NCBI GenBank assembly: GCA_051294375.1
Contig: JBJCIZ010000239.1
Location: 6,681,545-6,745,544, forward strand
Length of the DNA: 64,000 bases
Direction of reading: 5' to 3'
Origin: Paraspadella gotoi
Lineage: Eukaryota; Animalia; Chaetognatha
Shown here one piece after another: positions 24,910 to 40,790 of this stretch. The position numbers and the translations under genes were made by a program. The notes under the pieces are model-generated. The model was given only the letters and a program-made list of their open reading frames with translations, was not told the DNA's origin and searched no databases. Numbering within the stretch: the stretch's first letter is position 1; the number at the start of each line of letters is the position of its first letter.

Positions 24910-26647
24910 ATGACTTCCTCCGCCTCCAAAGTCACTTTCGCCACGGAGATTCCTCAAGATCTCAAGTCTCTCGTCGCGTTCGTCTCCAGGGGATTTTATC
25001 CCTACGATCACGCCATCGTCATGGACTACCTCATTCACTACCCGTGTTTGAAGGTGAGGTTTCGTTTAAATGGGTAAGGTCGGGATTCAAATCTCTCTCT
25101 CTCACAGGAGGACGACATTGTGGAGCTCCTCAAATACGACCGGAAACAGCTCCGCTCCATCATGAACTTTCTCAAGAACGACAAACTTGTCAAGACCAAA
25201 ATTCGTTTGGAGACCTCGGCCGATGGGAAATCGCAGAAGCACAACTACTGGTACATAAATTACCAGGTAGTATAATTCTGCGACAAAATATTAACCATTT
25301 CGTATGTCGGGATTGGACGAAAAGAAACAAAAGTACAGTTGCTTGTTGTTTCAATTTTAAATGTGGAAGGGAACATTGCATCGGTTCAAAAGGGACCAAA
25401 AACCTTGTAAACGTGTACTACTATATTTAATTTATATTTAATTTATATTTAATTTAATTTATTTATTGTATTTATTGTCCTCATTACTAATCTGATTTAT
25501 TTCGTCTCCTATACTACAATATTTATAAAAAATAATCCAAATCTTCCCCCGCCCCTCACCAGGTGATGGTGAACGTGATCAAGTACAAACTTGATCACAT
25601 GAGACGACGGATCGAAACGGAAGAGCGGGTCTCGACGAACCGGGCCTCCTTCGTCTGCCCGACCTGCGCCAAGACCTTCACCGATCTCGAGGTGGACCAG
25701 CTCTTCGACCCGATGAGCGGCCTCCTCCGCTGCTCCTACTGCGGCTCCGAGGTGGAGGAGGAAGGCTCCAAGAGCAGCGCCAAGGACTCGCGAACGGTGC
25801 TTGTCAAGTTCAACGAGCAGTTCCAGCGCCTTTTCGATCTGCTGAGGAAGGTTCGCGGAAAAATATTGAAGAGAATTTGATTTTACTTAGTTGATTCATT
25901 CTTTTAAACTAATGTTAATAACTATTGCAAATTAAATCGCACAAATATTTTATATTCCAGGTAGAAAACGTGAAGCTCGCCCCGGAACTGCTCGATCCGG
26001 ACCCGACGGTCCTCAGCGTGGCCCGTTCTGGACGCACCCAAAACGCCAAACCGCGTGACCCTGACGCCGCCTGGTCGGGAGATGCCACGCGCTCTTCTGG
26101 CTTCGACTACAAGAGCACCGTCACCATTAACTACGACGAGGCTGGCGACGCCGCCGCCGAAGAGGTTCGTCGCAAAGAGCGCCTCGCGTGGATGGAAGAG
26201 AGCACGGTCCAGGGTTCCATGGCCGAATCCGTGTGGAAAGAACGTAACGCCGCCAGCCTCACCGACGCCTCCTCCTCTAAACTCGACGCCGCCAACAAGA
26301 CGCTCTCGCGCGACATCTTTAACACTCTCCTCGTCCACGAAAAAAAGGGCCGCGCGCCCGGCGCCGTCGGCGGGGGACTCAACGCCGGCGCCAACGAGGC
26401 CGACTCGTCCGAGTCGGACTCGGATGAGGATGGCGCCGCCTCGAGGCCAAAGAAGACGCGCGTCGAGGAAGATGGAGACGGCGACGTCGACGAAGACGAT
26501 GACGAGGACACGCCCGTCGTCCTCGTTGGCGGAGAGCAGATTCCATTGGACGAGGTGGACGACGTCGTTATCGCGAGAATGACGCCGCAGGAGAGAGACG
26601 GTTGGATCCAGTTGACGCAAAAGATTTACGCGGATCACTACGACTGA
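24910..26647 (+). CDS. GTF2E1: General transcription factor IIE subunit alpha
   Basis: Exons 24910-25053, ~25108-25266, ~25563-25850 and 25961-26647. Motifs [50 protein letters not shown], zinc ribbon CPTC...CSYC and an acidic C-terminus. Confidence 0.95.
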
Positions 26648-26836
26648 AGAGGGACGACTTATGCCGATGAGCCCTTTTCCCTCTCCCCCCCCCCTTCCCC
26701 TCCCTTTTTGAGTTTTGATCCCTATTATTATCTCAATCATTCCGTTTCATTACTTCTTTACTTCACCACATTATTTCTTTGCATTTCTCTCTATTATTGC
26801 TCGAATCGCCTCTCATTAGATTCCCCTTAATCAAGA

Positions 26837-29800
26837 ATGCCGTTGTACGGCCCGAAATTGTTTAGAACATTGCCCGCGGAGGAAAGCGACGCATCGGATG
26901 AAAACCGTTTCGTGATCGAGTTTACGGGCGAGACCTTCGCCGATAAGGAGACGCACGACGAGACCCTCAAATTATACAACGAGCGCGTCTGGACGGACCG
27001 ATGCACTGGTAGAGAGAGTTGTTGTTGTTGTTCATGGATTATTGGTTATTATGCGTCAAATTATTTAATGAAGTAAAGTTTGACGAGAAATAAAAGTGGT
27101 GGTTAGGAAAATCATTTCATTTGTAAAAAAAATACGCATTTATAAAGTTTTTTCACTCGCGTTGACGCTAAAAATAACTTTTTCGTTGCAAAAAAAAAAA
27201 AACAAATTTTCTTCCTTATACTAAACAACGAAACAAAAGAAATATGCATATAATTTTTTTACTAATCAGATTTTACCATGCTTGCAAAGCAGTCGCACAC
27301 AAAAATTAATCATTTTATCCAAGAAAAATATTTTTCCCCTATACACTAAATAGTGACTATACAGGTAATTACCTCCAAATTTGCCTTCTTATTCCGTTGC
27401 CCCTAAATTCTGTTTAGGCGAGCCCCACCTCACCTTTCAAGAGGCGAAGGAGACCGAGGACGAGGTCTACCAACTCCTCTCGGACGAGTACGACGCCCCC
27501 TTCTTCAAACCCGCGCTTGAGATTGTGCATCATAGCACCTCCAACTTGGAGGAGCTCAATCGAAAAGTCTGGGAGAGGTTCCACAAGGAATTCCAGGTTG
27601 TTCCCGGAGTTTCGATGATGTTTTTTATTATTGTATTTCGACAAAAAGTTTGGCCTAAAAGAATAAGAAGTTAATACAAAATTTTAAAAATGAACAAGAA
27701 AACAAATTTAGTGTAAACATTTTGTATTATCTCTTGTTATTATAAATCCTATGTATCCTTCCAGACCGATGAGATCGTGACGTGGAAGATGGCTCCGTCC
27801 AAGTACGGTGACGACGTCAGAGGACGAATCATTCGCGTCGATCGGTCATCATTGTCTGAATCTCCGGCCGCGGCGGCTGCGGCGGCTGCGGCGGCGGACA
27901 AGTCGGCTCCCGAAGTCGACTCCTCCGTCGACGTCAACGAAGTGGCGACGCCGAGCGGATCTCAGAATTGCGACTCACCCTCGTCGGACAAGGAGAACGC
28001 GGGTAAGTGAGGGAAGGGGCCAAAGGGTTTCTTCGATCCAAACGACCTTTGATTGGTTTTCATTCACCTTCTTCCCTTCAGCATCCAGCGGAAACGGCGA
28101 CGGCGCCGCTAAGGAAGATTTACTCGTGAACGGGAATCAACTTAACGGTTTAACGAATGGCGATCTCCACGCTCTTCCATCGACTCCGCCGATGTCGCCG
28201 AGGTAAGGAGAAAGAGTTTGAGAGATTTGCCGAGAGATACCTATCAATATAGTTATCCCTTTCTTTTCCGCTTCCCTCTCCGCTCGTCCACTGATCTATC
28301 TCCTCTTCCGCGTTCTCCTCCCGTTCAAACTCGTCGACGACCAACTTGAAAAGTTTCTACGGTCGTCCAGCCCGACGCGCCTCCCAATCGCCTTTGGTTA
28401 AAGAGCGTTCGGGGCGTCCGCGGACGATGCCGACCCTGTCGCCATTCTCCTACGATCTCCGCCTCATTGATGCAGAAGGCGGCGACCGCGCCGCCGTCGT
28501 TAAAGACGTTCCCGCGCAGCACCTGGCCCGCCTCAAAGCCCCGCCCACCAAGGAAAACATCAAGTACTTCATTCGGTCCTTCGCTCTTCGACACGTGGGA
28601 AAGCAGAACGCTCCCTGGGTGAGTTGCGTCAAGGGTAGGTCTGTCCGTCTGTCCTTTTGTCTCATTTACGTTTTAAACGCTCATAACTCCAGAAAGCCAT
28701 AAGCCGTAATATGCTTCATGCGCATATGTTTCACATTTGGGCACTGAGCAGTCAAGCGATCATCTGGAAATCAGACGCAAAAAGTCACAGCGAAAAATCG
28801 CCCTCTTTCTAGCTGCAATAAATGTCTCTTTTCTCCGCTAGGTGGTCGACGAGGACAAAGCGAGCGAATATTCCCTCATCTCCAAGTTCCACTCCTTCCT
28901 CCTTCCCAAGAGCAGCGGCCTCCACACTTCCTTCGAGGAGATCCGTCGCCTCAAAAGGGAGGAGGAGGAGAAGAAGGAGAGAAAGGAGAAGGAGAAGGAG
29001 ACCAAGGAGAAGTTGAAGGAGGAGGAACGTTTGAAGAGGAAGAAGCAGATGCAAGAGGAGAGGGAGAGAGAGAAGACGAAGAAGGCTAAAGAGGTTGGAA
29101 AGGTAAAAAGGAGGATTTTAGGATTTTTATTGTTTTATTGTTTTATAAATGACGCTTTAAGAGATATTATCCATTTTGTGTTGGACATAAACTCTCGTCG
29201 TAATCTGTCGTTCTTATTCGCCTTTTGTAAAGAGGTGGAAAACCCCGCTCATCATTTGTTTTATGAAATGAGAACAAAGCAGAATGGTTTGTAATATTTA
29301 GGATTTTTTTAGACTTAGTGTTGTTTTATTTGATGTTTGTCTGGTGACTCGAGTTGGCCTCGGTCATTTTGATGACGTGAGGCTTCGTCACAAAGATCCC
29401 TTTCACCGAACTACCGTGAAGGTTTTTTTTAGAGGCAATCATCGTAGCATAAAGTGAAAAAAGTGAGAAGACAGTCGATGACGACGACTAAGGCTTCACT
29501 GTAGTTTAGTTAAGGGATTCTTTGTGACTGATGTCATATTGATGGCTGAGTTTTGAAGTCAATTCGACTCACCAGAGTATGATCATATAAATCTGGATTT
29601 TGATCCTTTCGATCCTCGCAATCCAGGATCAAAAACAAACGAACGGCGAGGAACCGGAGAAAAACATCTTCTGGACTGAAGCTGAAAAAGAGGCCCTGAC
29701 GGCCGGCGTGAAGGAATTCGGGACGGAGTGGGTCGCCATCCGGGACAAGTACAAGTCGGTCTTCGAAGTCAACGCCAGGACTAATATTCAGCTCAAAGCC

Positions 29801-32800
29801 AAATGGCGTCAGATGGAGCAAGTCAAGGCTAACAAGGTCTGTGGCAAGATTGAGCCCACTCTGCCTTCTCATCTTCAATCTGTTTATTTACTGAGTTGTT
29901 CCTTCCTCTCGTCGCAGGAGCGTCGAGAGATGGAGAAGAAGCGAAAGGTGGAGGACGGTGAAGTTGACAAGGCCAACGGAGGACCCTCGTCGCCGAAGAA
30001 GAAGCGCACGAAGAGTTTGGACGAGGACGTCCCGCTCTCGCAACTCTCCTCTTCCTTCTCGGCCAAGAAGAAGATGAAGCAGATCAGCATCTCGGATCTC
30101 ATGAAAAAAAAGGGCACGCCCACCAAGAGCCCGCTCAAGATCAAAATCGTCGGGGCTCCCGCCAGGTTGGACGGCCTGTCGCCTCTCGCCAGGTTTTTGC
30201 GATGGTTCTTCGTTTTTTGAAGGAACTTGGGGGGGGGGGGCTCGCGTCGGTCAAGAAAAAGCCGAATATGGTTGAAGTTTCCGCTTAATTTCTCCATCTT
30301 TTCATTTTTACATTTTAGTGTCAAGAGGTCGCCACTGAAACAAGTAAAGCCGCTGCTCGTAGTCAAACTGGAAAAGGCCTTCGCCAAGTACGCTTCCGTC
30401 CGCGGCGCGGAACCTGCCGCCGCGATCTCCCCGACTAAAAAGCTGGAGCACGCGAAGAGGCTTCGAAGTAATTCCCACGTTTACGGGAGAATCCTGAAGA
30501 TGGCGTGCTCTTCGTTGTCAGAGCGGGAGATCAACATGTGTCCCGCGGAAGTGCAGACGGAAATAAGGAGCAGGAGGGCCAAGGTAAAAGTTGCGAGCTT
30601 GTGGTAGAATTGTCACTAATCACAATCTTTCTCAATAGGCAAATGAGATTGACTTACTCGATCTCTTTTGAAATAATTAATTAATTAATTAATCTGATAC
30701 AATAAGTATTACGAATTTTATTGGGGTATTATTATGATAAATTTTGTTGACGATTTTTTTTAAGTTTGAAAGCCTTATGGAGGCGATTTTGAGCCCTTTC
30801 CTTGTCTTAAATTAGACCAAAACATTCATTCACATCCATAAAACATCAGTTTGAAATACATGACCTAAATCTATGAAGAATCTTTTTCAAATATCGTCTA
30901 CTAGTATTCATTGTTTCCCCCTTTAAAAGTTAGCGGAACGCGCCCGGATCGCCGCCATGACCGACGAGGAGAGGCAGAAGTTCCTCAAGGAACGCCACCG
31001 TCAACGTCTGGTGCAGAAGAGAGCGTTGGAAGGAAAGAAGGACGACGCTGAGTTCTCCGACGCCACGCCCCTTCCGACGCCCAAGCCGGTGAGAAGAAGA
31101 AGACAAAGAGAAGAAGACAAAGAGAAGAAAAATTGTCTGAAGATCGCTTCCGCTTTTCTTTAGGTCTGGACTCCCGAGAATATGGCGATGGAGACGTTCG
31201 GTTCTGTGGTGATGATCACGGAATTCCTCAACGCCTACCAGAGTCTCCTCATGCCCGAGTCCAATCAGGTCGTCGCCACCAACACTTTGCTCAAAGCCCT
31301 CGGCGACGGCGACGCGGGTTTCGAGAGCCTCTCGCGAGTCCTCGTCACTTTGCTTCAGGTTGAGAGAGAGAGAGAGAGAGAGAGAATATTGATATTTGAA
31401 TATGCGATTAATCTTGTCTAATCTTCTGTGTTGCCTTCCTCCAAAGACTCTGCTTCAAGATCAAATCTCGGAGGATTACAAAGAATTAAAGACTCCTCTC
31501 CGCGACATTGCTATCAACAAATACACGGCCTCGGAGTTGATTCGTTTGGCGCTGCGCAAGCGCGATAGGGAGAACGACGACGACGGCGGCGAGAGCGACG
31601 ATGAAGAGGACGACGACGACGACGGCGGCAAAGTCGCCGAGGACGAGGTGAAAGGGGGGGGTTGGAAAGTATTTAGTGAGAGGCAGACGGAAAAGAGGTT
31701 AATCGCCGACTTTTGTTTTTTAATTGATTTAAATGTGAGGATAAATAAATTCTGCTTCTTTTTTTTCTCTCTATCTTTCCCCTTTGCATCTTATCGGATC
31801 CTCTCCCTCATTAACTCTTCTCTCTTCCAGCTGAGCGAACGCCTCTTGAATAAACTGGAAGAGTCGGAATTCTGCTCATTGCCCGTCGACGACAAGGTGG
31901 AGGTCTTGGTGGCGCTGGTCGATCGGATCCTCAACTCTTACTCCGTCGTCGACCACATGGAGAAGAAGATCGACGAATCAAAAGCCGCATGGAGGCACAG
32001 ACTAAAGGTGAAAAGGGGGGGGGCTGAGAAAAGAGGGACAGACGGACTTGGATCTTTTGGAATAACTGTCGATTTCCAGAAGAAGAGGCTTGAGGATTGT
32101 AAAAGGTCTCCTAATAATATAGTGGATATGTTTGTTTATTCAGTTTATTCCAATTTGAATAACAGCCTTTTCATTAAAAGAATGACGTTGTCGTTGGCAG
32201 ACTCAAACGGAGGCGAAAAAGCTTCGCACCGAGGCGGAGGAGACGAAGGCCACCGTCAAAAGCCGCGCCGCCTGCGTTGCCTTCAAGTCGGAGCCGGGAT
32301 CGAAGGCGGACACGCCCATCACCAGCGCCAAAGAGGAAGAGACGAAGATGGAGATCGACGGAGAGATGGGCGAGGAGAAGCGGGCGGCGCCGGATGTGCC
32401 CGAAGGAACAGACATGGCCTCGGTCGTTAAACGGCGCCGCGTTTTGGCGGCGAGGGAGGCCAAGGTTAGTTTCTCCCGACACCATAAGCTGAATCAATTT
32501 TTTTTTTTTAAATTATAAGCAATCTAAAAAATAAATTGAGGGAGAGAGAGAGACGGACGGACAGACAGAGGTCAATATAAAGTCAATTGAAGAGAAACCA
32601 GATTCCTCAATTAAATTAAGATCGTAAATTATTTTATCTTTTCCTAGGAGCGGGAGCAGAAAAAGAAAGAGGAAGAGGAACAGAAAAGAAGAGAGATGGA
32701 AGAGTACAAGGCTCAGGTGGCCAAAGAGCGGATGGAGAAGGAATTCGCCGACGCCGTCTTGGGGGCCAAGACCGTCCTCAGACTCCAGCACATCGGCACG

Positions 32801-35695
32801 GATCGCAACCACTCCAGGTTTATAGGATTGGATGGGATGTTGGTCGGGTTAATGATAGTTTCTCTTTTTGATACACTTTTCGTGGAAGTGGTCGTGATAA
32901 AAATGGGAAAATAAATAAGCGAATTTAACGATTTATAGAAATGAGAAAAGCGAATGGAATCAAAGTGGCTTAATGTAGTACTATGTGTGGCATTCATTTT
33001 TGAAGAGGAAAAAAGGGGGTATGCTTTTAAAGTGACACTTAATTGTTGTTTTCAGGTATTGGGTTTTCGGCGAGGCCACCCCCGGCCTCTACGTGGAAAA
33101 GGGCTGGTGCCACAAATATTACGGCTCTACGCTTATCAAGGACGAGAAGAAAGAGGAGAGCGAGGAGAAAGAGGAGAGCGAGGACGAGGGGGGCGGAGAA
33201 GAGGAGGAGGAGACAACCCTTCCCGAAACTGGGCTCAACATGTGGTTTGTTTATGACAACATGGAGGACGTGCACGCCTTTATGCAGGTAAGCGTAAGGG
33301 TTAGGGACATTATATAAACAAGGAACGGCAAGTTCAAGGTGTTGCACCGCTGTAACATTTTTAGACGACTATGTGATTGCAAAAGTAAAAAGAATTTTGT
33401 TATTGTGCAATACTATTTTTATATTTTAATTAAAATATGAAAGGAAAAGTAGGCAGAAAGAATCGAAGAATCGAGTGAACTGAAGAATCGAATCTTTTTG
33501 TAGAGGTCGAAGAGAGAGAAAAATGAGCACTGAAATGTAATATTATTTAAGTTCTGAGCATTTAATATGTAAGTAGAATTGACCGACGGACAGTTGGACC
33601 GAAAAGTGACTTATTGAGTATTCGCGGCGCAACTAATACTTATACCATTAATTAGTTAATTAATTAATTAATGGTTGAATGGCAGAGTCTCCTTCCGCGC
33701 GGAATCCGCGAAAGCAAATTGAAGGCGGAGTTGACGAAGCGTCTCCCGATTTTGACCAAGTTTCTCGAGAAGGCGAAGAGGGAGAAGCGAGTCAAGGAGG
33801 AGGCGGCAGCAGAGGCGGGAGGCAGCGGCGGAGGCAGCGGCGGAGGAGCAGGAGGAACCGCGCAAAGACGCCGACGTAGCTGAGAAGGCCAAAGCCAAGG
33901 TGCGTCGACGTATTTCCAGAACGGATTTTCTGATATATCTCTGTATTTAAAGTAATCCCAATTTCCCGTAATCTAAAATCTTTGATTCAATCATTTTTTC
34001 CCCCGAAACAGGAAATATCCATGGAAGGTCTCAAGGAAGAGATCGTCGAGACCGAGCTCCGACTTCGCAACGGCGGACTCGGGGCCGTCAAAGACTTTGA
34101 AAAGTTTCAATTTAAAATCGCCAAGTGCACCAAGCTGGCTGACTTCGTCCCGCTCCTCGTCACCGTGCAGGTACAACCAATAGAAAGGTTATCTTGACCC
34201 ATATATTGTACTTGTAATGAAGAAAAATAAAATGGATCGGTTTTACAACAGGAAAACGTTTTGGAAAAGTTCCTCGAAGGCGTCTTCGCCCCGAAGAAGA
34301 CGAAGATGAAGAACGAGGCCGGGGAAGTCGTCGGCGAAGAATCTCTCCCCTCGCCGATGATCCCAGCCTGGAGGGAATCCCTTAAGGAATGCACCACTTT
34401 CTCCAGGATGCACGTCTTGTTCGGTGAGAAGAAGAAGGACTTTCTTTCTCACACTCTCTCTCTCTGTGTGTTTTATTCTGTTGTTTTCCCGCTGCCCCCT
34501 TGTCGCTGCCAACTTTTGGCATCAGTTAACTTGTGGGGGAAATCATTTTAATTGTCGCCGTCGTCCTCTTCGTTGGATGTCCCGCTATTTAATTTTTTAA
34601 ATCCTGTCTTCTCTAAATCTTCTTTTTCTTTTTCTTTCCTTGAGGAATCCTCGACACTTGCGTCAAGTGGGAGAAGAGCGCCGAACACTCCAAGTGCAAA
34701 GTCTGTAGGAAGAAGGGAGACGAGTCCAAAGTGCTTCTCTGCGACGATTGCAACGAGGTGCTGAGGGAGGGGGGGGAGAGTTTTGGGAGGGGGGGCTTGG
34801 GAGGAAAAAGTCATGGAGGTTTCGGCAATGTGGCATTTGTTTGAGTCGTTTTATTCTTCCACAGAAATTACAAGTCGATAACTAAAGATCCTAATTTAAG
34901 CATGAATTTAAAGCGACTATAGATTGCCACTATGCTATCCGTTTTCCGTCAAAAAGGAGATTGAGGAGAGGTAGAAACGAGAAAAATGTTGTGGGTTTCT
35001 CGAGATTTGTCAATCACATTGTTTACTAACCCCCTCAACTTTTTCTCCTTCTTTTCCTACTTTACCCTACCTTTTTTTTCACCGCCAGGCCTTCCACATG
35101 TACTGCCTCCGCCCCGCCCTCTGGGTGGTGCCCCGCGGCGAATGGCTCTGCCCCGCCTGCGCCCCGACGCAGCAGCGATCCTGTCGGCGACAGAAGAAAA
35201 ACTACCGAGAGTCGAGTCAAGAAGACGACGACGACGACGACGAAGATGACGACGTCGGGAGCGAGCAAGGCTACTCCGGCTCGGGATCCGAGGACGAGGA
35301 GATCGAACACGACAAGGAGTGCGTCTACTGCGCCGGCGAGGATCAACTCGTCTTCTGCTCCAAATGCCCCTACTCTTATCACATCGACTGCCACCAGGTG
35401 ATTGGCACAACTTCGAGATGTTTTCATGGTGCTGGGGATTTCGAGTCCATCCAATGCAATCGTAATGGGAAATTTCATTGATGGCGTCGTCCCACATTCT
35501 AATCGATCAAACTCCTTTCCCCAACAACCCGAAACCCCTACGGCACAGCCACCCCTCCGTCGAGAGCCTCGTTCTACCTGGGTCTGCGAGGACTGCCGCA
35601 GCGGCAACCGGCGTTCGCGCCGAACTCTCAGGAATCTTTTTAACATGAGCCGGAAGTCGTCGCCACGGAGACGAAGGAGCAACAGGAGTAGATGA
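26837..35695 (+). CDS. BAZ1B: BAZ1B/WSTF-like ISWI partner (WAC, DDT, WHIM/WSD, two PHD) with an inserted Myb domain and no bromodomain found
   Basis: ~22 exons. WAC (FVIEFTGETF...YNERVWTDRCTG...LEIVHHSTSNLEEL), DDT (FGSVVMITEFLNAYQSLL; RVLVTLLQTLLQD), IGTDRNHSRYWVF, SLLPRGIRESKLK, RMHVLFGILDTCVKWEKS, PHD1 (CKVC...CDDC..AFHMYC...CPAC) and PHD2 (CVYC...CSKC..YHIDC...CEDC). Stop at 35693-35695. Confidence 0.88.
29627..29836 (+). other. Phase 0-0 exon of the BAZ1B-like gene encoding a telobox-type Myb domain
   Basis: ATCCAG|GAT...AAC AAG|GT, 210 nt, encoding IFWTEAEKEALTAGVKEFGTEWVAIRDKYKSVFEVNARTNIQLKAKWRQM. Confidence 0.75.
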
Positions 35696-36449
35696 GAGAC
35701 GACGAGGACAAGAAGGATAAACCACTCTGCTAACCTCCACTCCCCCCTCCAGTCGTTGCCACACTCAGTTCTTCCTTACCAGCGAATGTTTTACTTCATA
35801 GCCCCCACTCCCCGCCCCCCCCCTTTTTTCGTTTTCTGCTTGAAAAAATTGAAGGCGCGTTATTGATCGATGCCGCCCGTTGAGAATCGTTCTTTTCTTT
35901 GCGTTGATCATGTTTCAGTTGTTGTTGTTTTCTTTTTTTTTTTTTTTTTTTTAAGATCATCACGGTTAGGAATAGAAAAAAAAAAATTAACGGTGAGACG
36001 GTGTCATTTTTTTTTCTTATTAACGAGAAGTACGATTTTTTGTTGTTGTGAATATTACATGTTGAGAGCGAATGAAGGTCGCTTGGATAAAGTTTTCTCT
36101 TTTTTTAGTAATGAATAATGAAACAAAGTTCTTTCTTCGTATGATATCTGGATTTTTTATACGTAGCCTAGACTAGCGCTTTTTTTTATTGATTACCTAA
36201 CCTAGGATTCACAGACAGTTTTTTTTTTCCTTTTTATATCAAGTGATCAAAGTAACTAGCTCCTTAAGGATAATTTTTTTAAAAAAAATTCATTATGGTC
36301 AATAATGATATTCTTATTTATATCCACATTTTTTTTAATTTCCATGGAAAATCTTTTGATAGAAATAGTAACGTCGATGTCGGACTGTATAAGTTTTCGA
36401 AATATTTTTTAGAAGTGATTTATTTAAATAAAAAACATTGGTCGACACC

Positions 36450-40250
<3,801 letters not shown>

Positions 40251-40790
40251 AGACTCTGAAGCTCTCGTCAACATCTCTCCCTGTTGGGTCGTCGCTCCCG
40301 TCGAACGTTGCTCCTATCGACGCCGCTTCCTCTCGCTCCACTCGACGTCACACGTTCGGTACAACTTTGCGAAATCAAACCTCAAGTTTTAAAACGTCGT
40401 CGTCGTCGTCGTCGTCGTCTTTGAAATTTACTTTTTCTATTCCGAAAACTTCCGTTCAACGGTTCCTCACCTCAAGGAATTTTGCGGCTGATCTGTCGTT
40501 TTTTTTTCTCTTTTATTGGTTTTTACTGTTGCGAATATTATCTCATCGCGAGCGTTTAAATTGTTTCGATCGATACACGTTTATCTAATTGCATAAATCT
40601 CGTGATATTGTTTTACTTGTATGTTTTTTTTTTTGTTTTGTTATATAACTCGTGATTACTTTTTTTTAGAGGTCCAACAGGACCAACTCTGAACCCAAAA
40701 AAACTGAAATGACTGTTTTTTAAGGATAATATTAATAATAAACTAAATAGTCGGTAAAGTACAAAAACGGCGGGAAGGCCAGCGAGAGAG

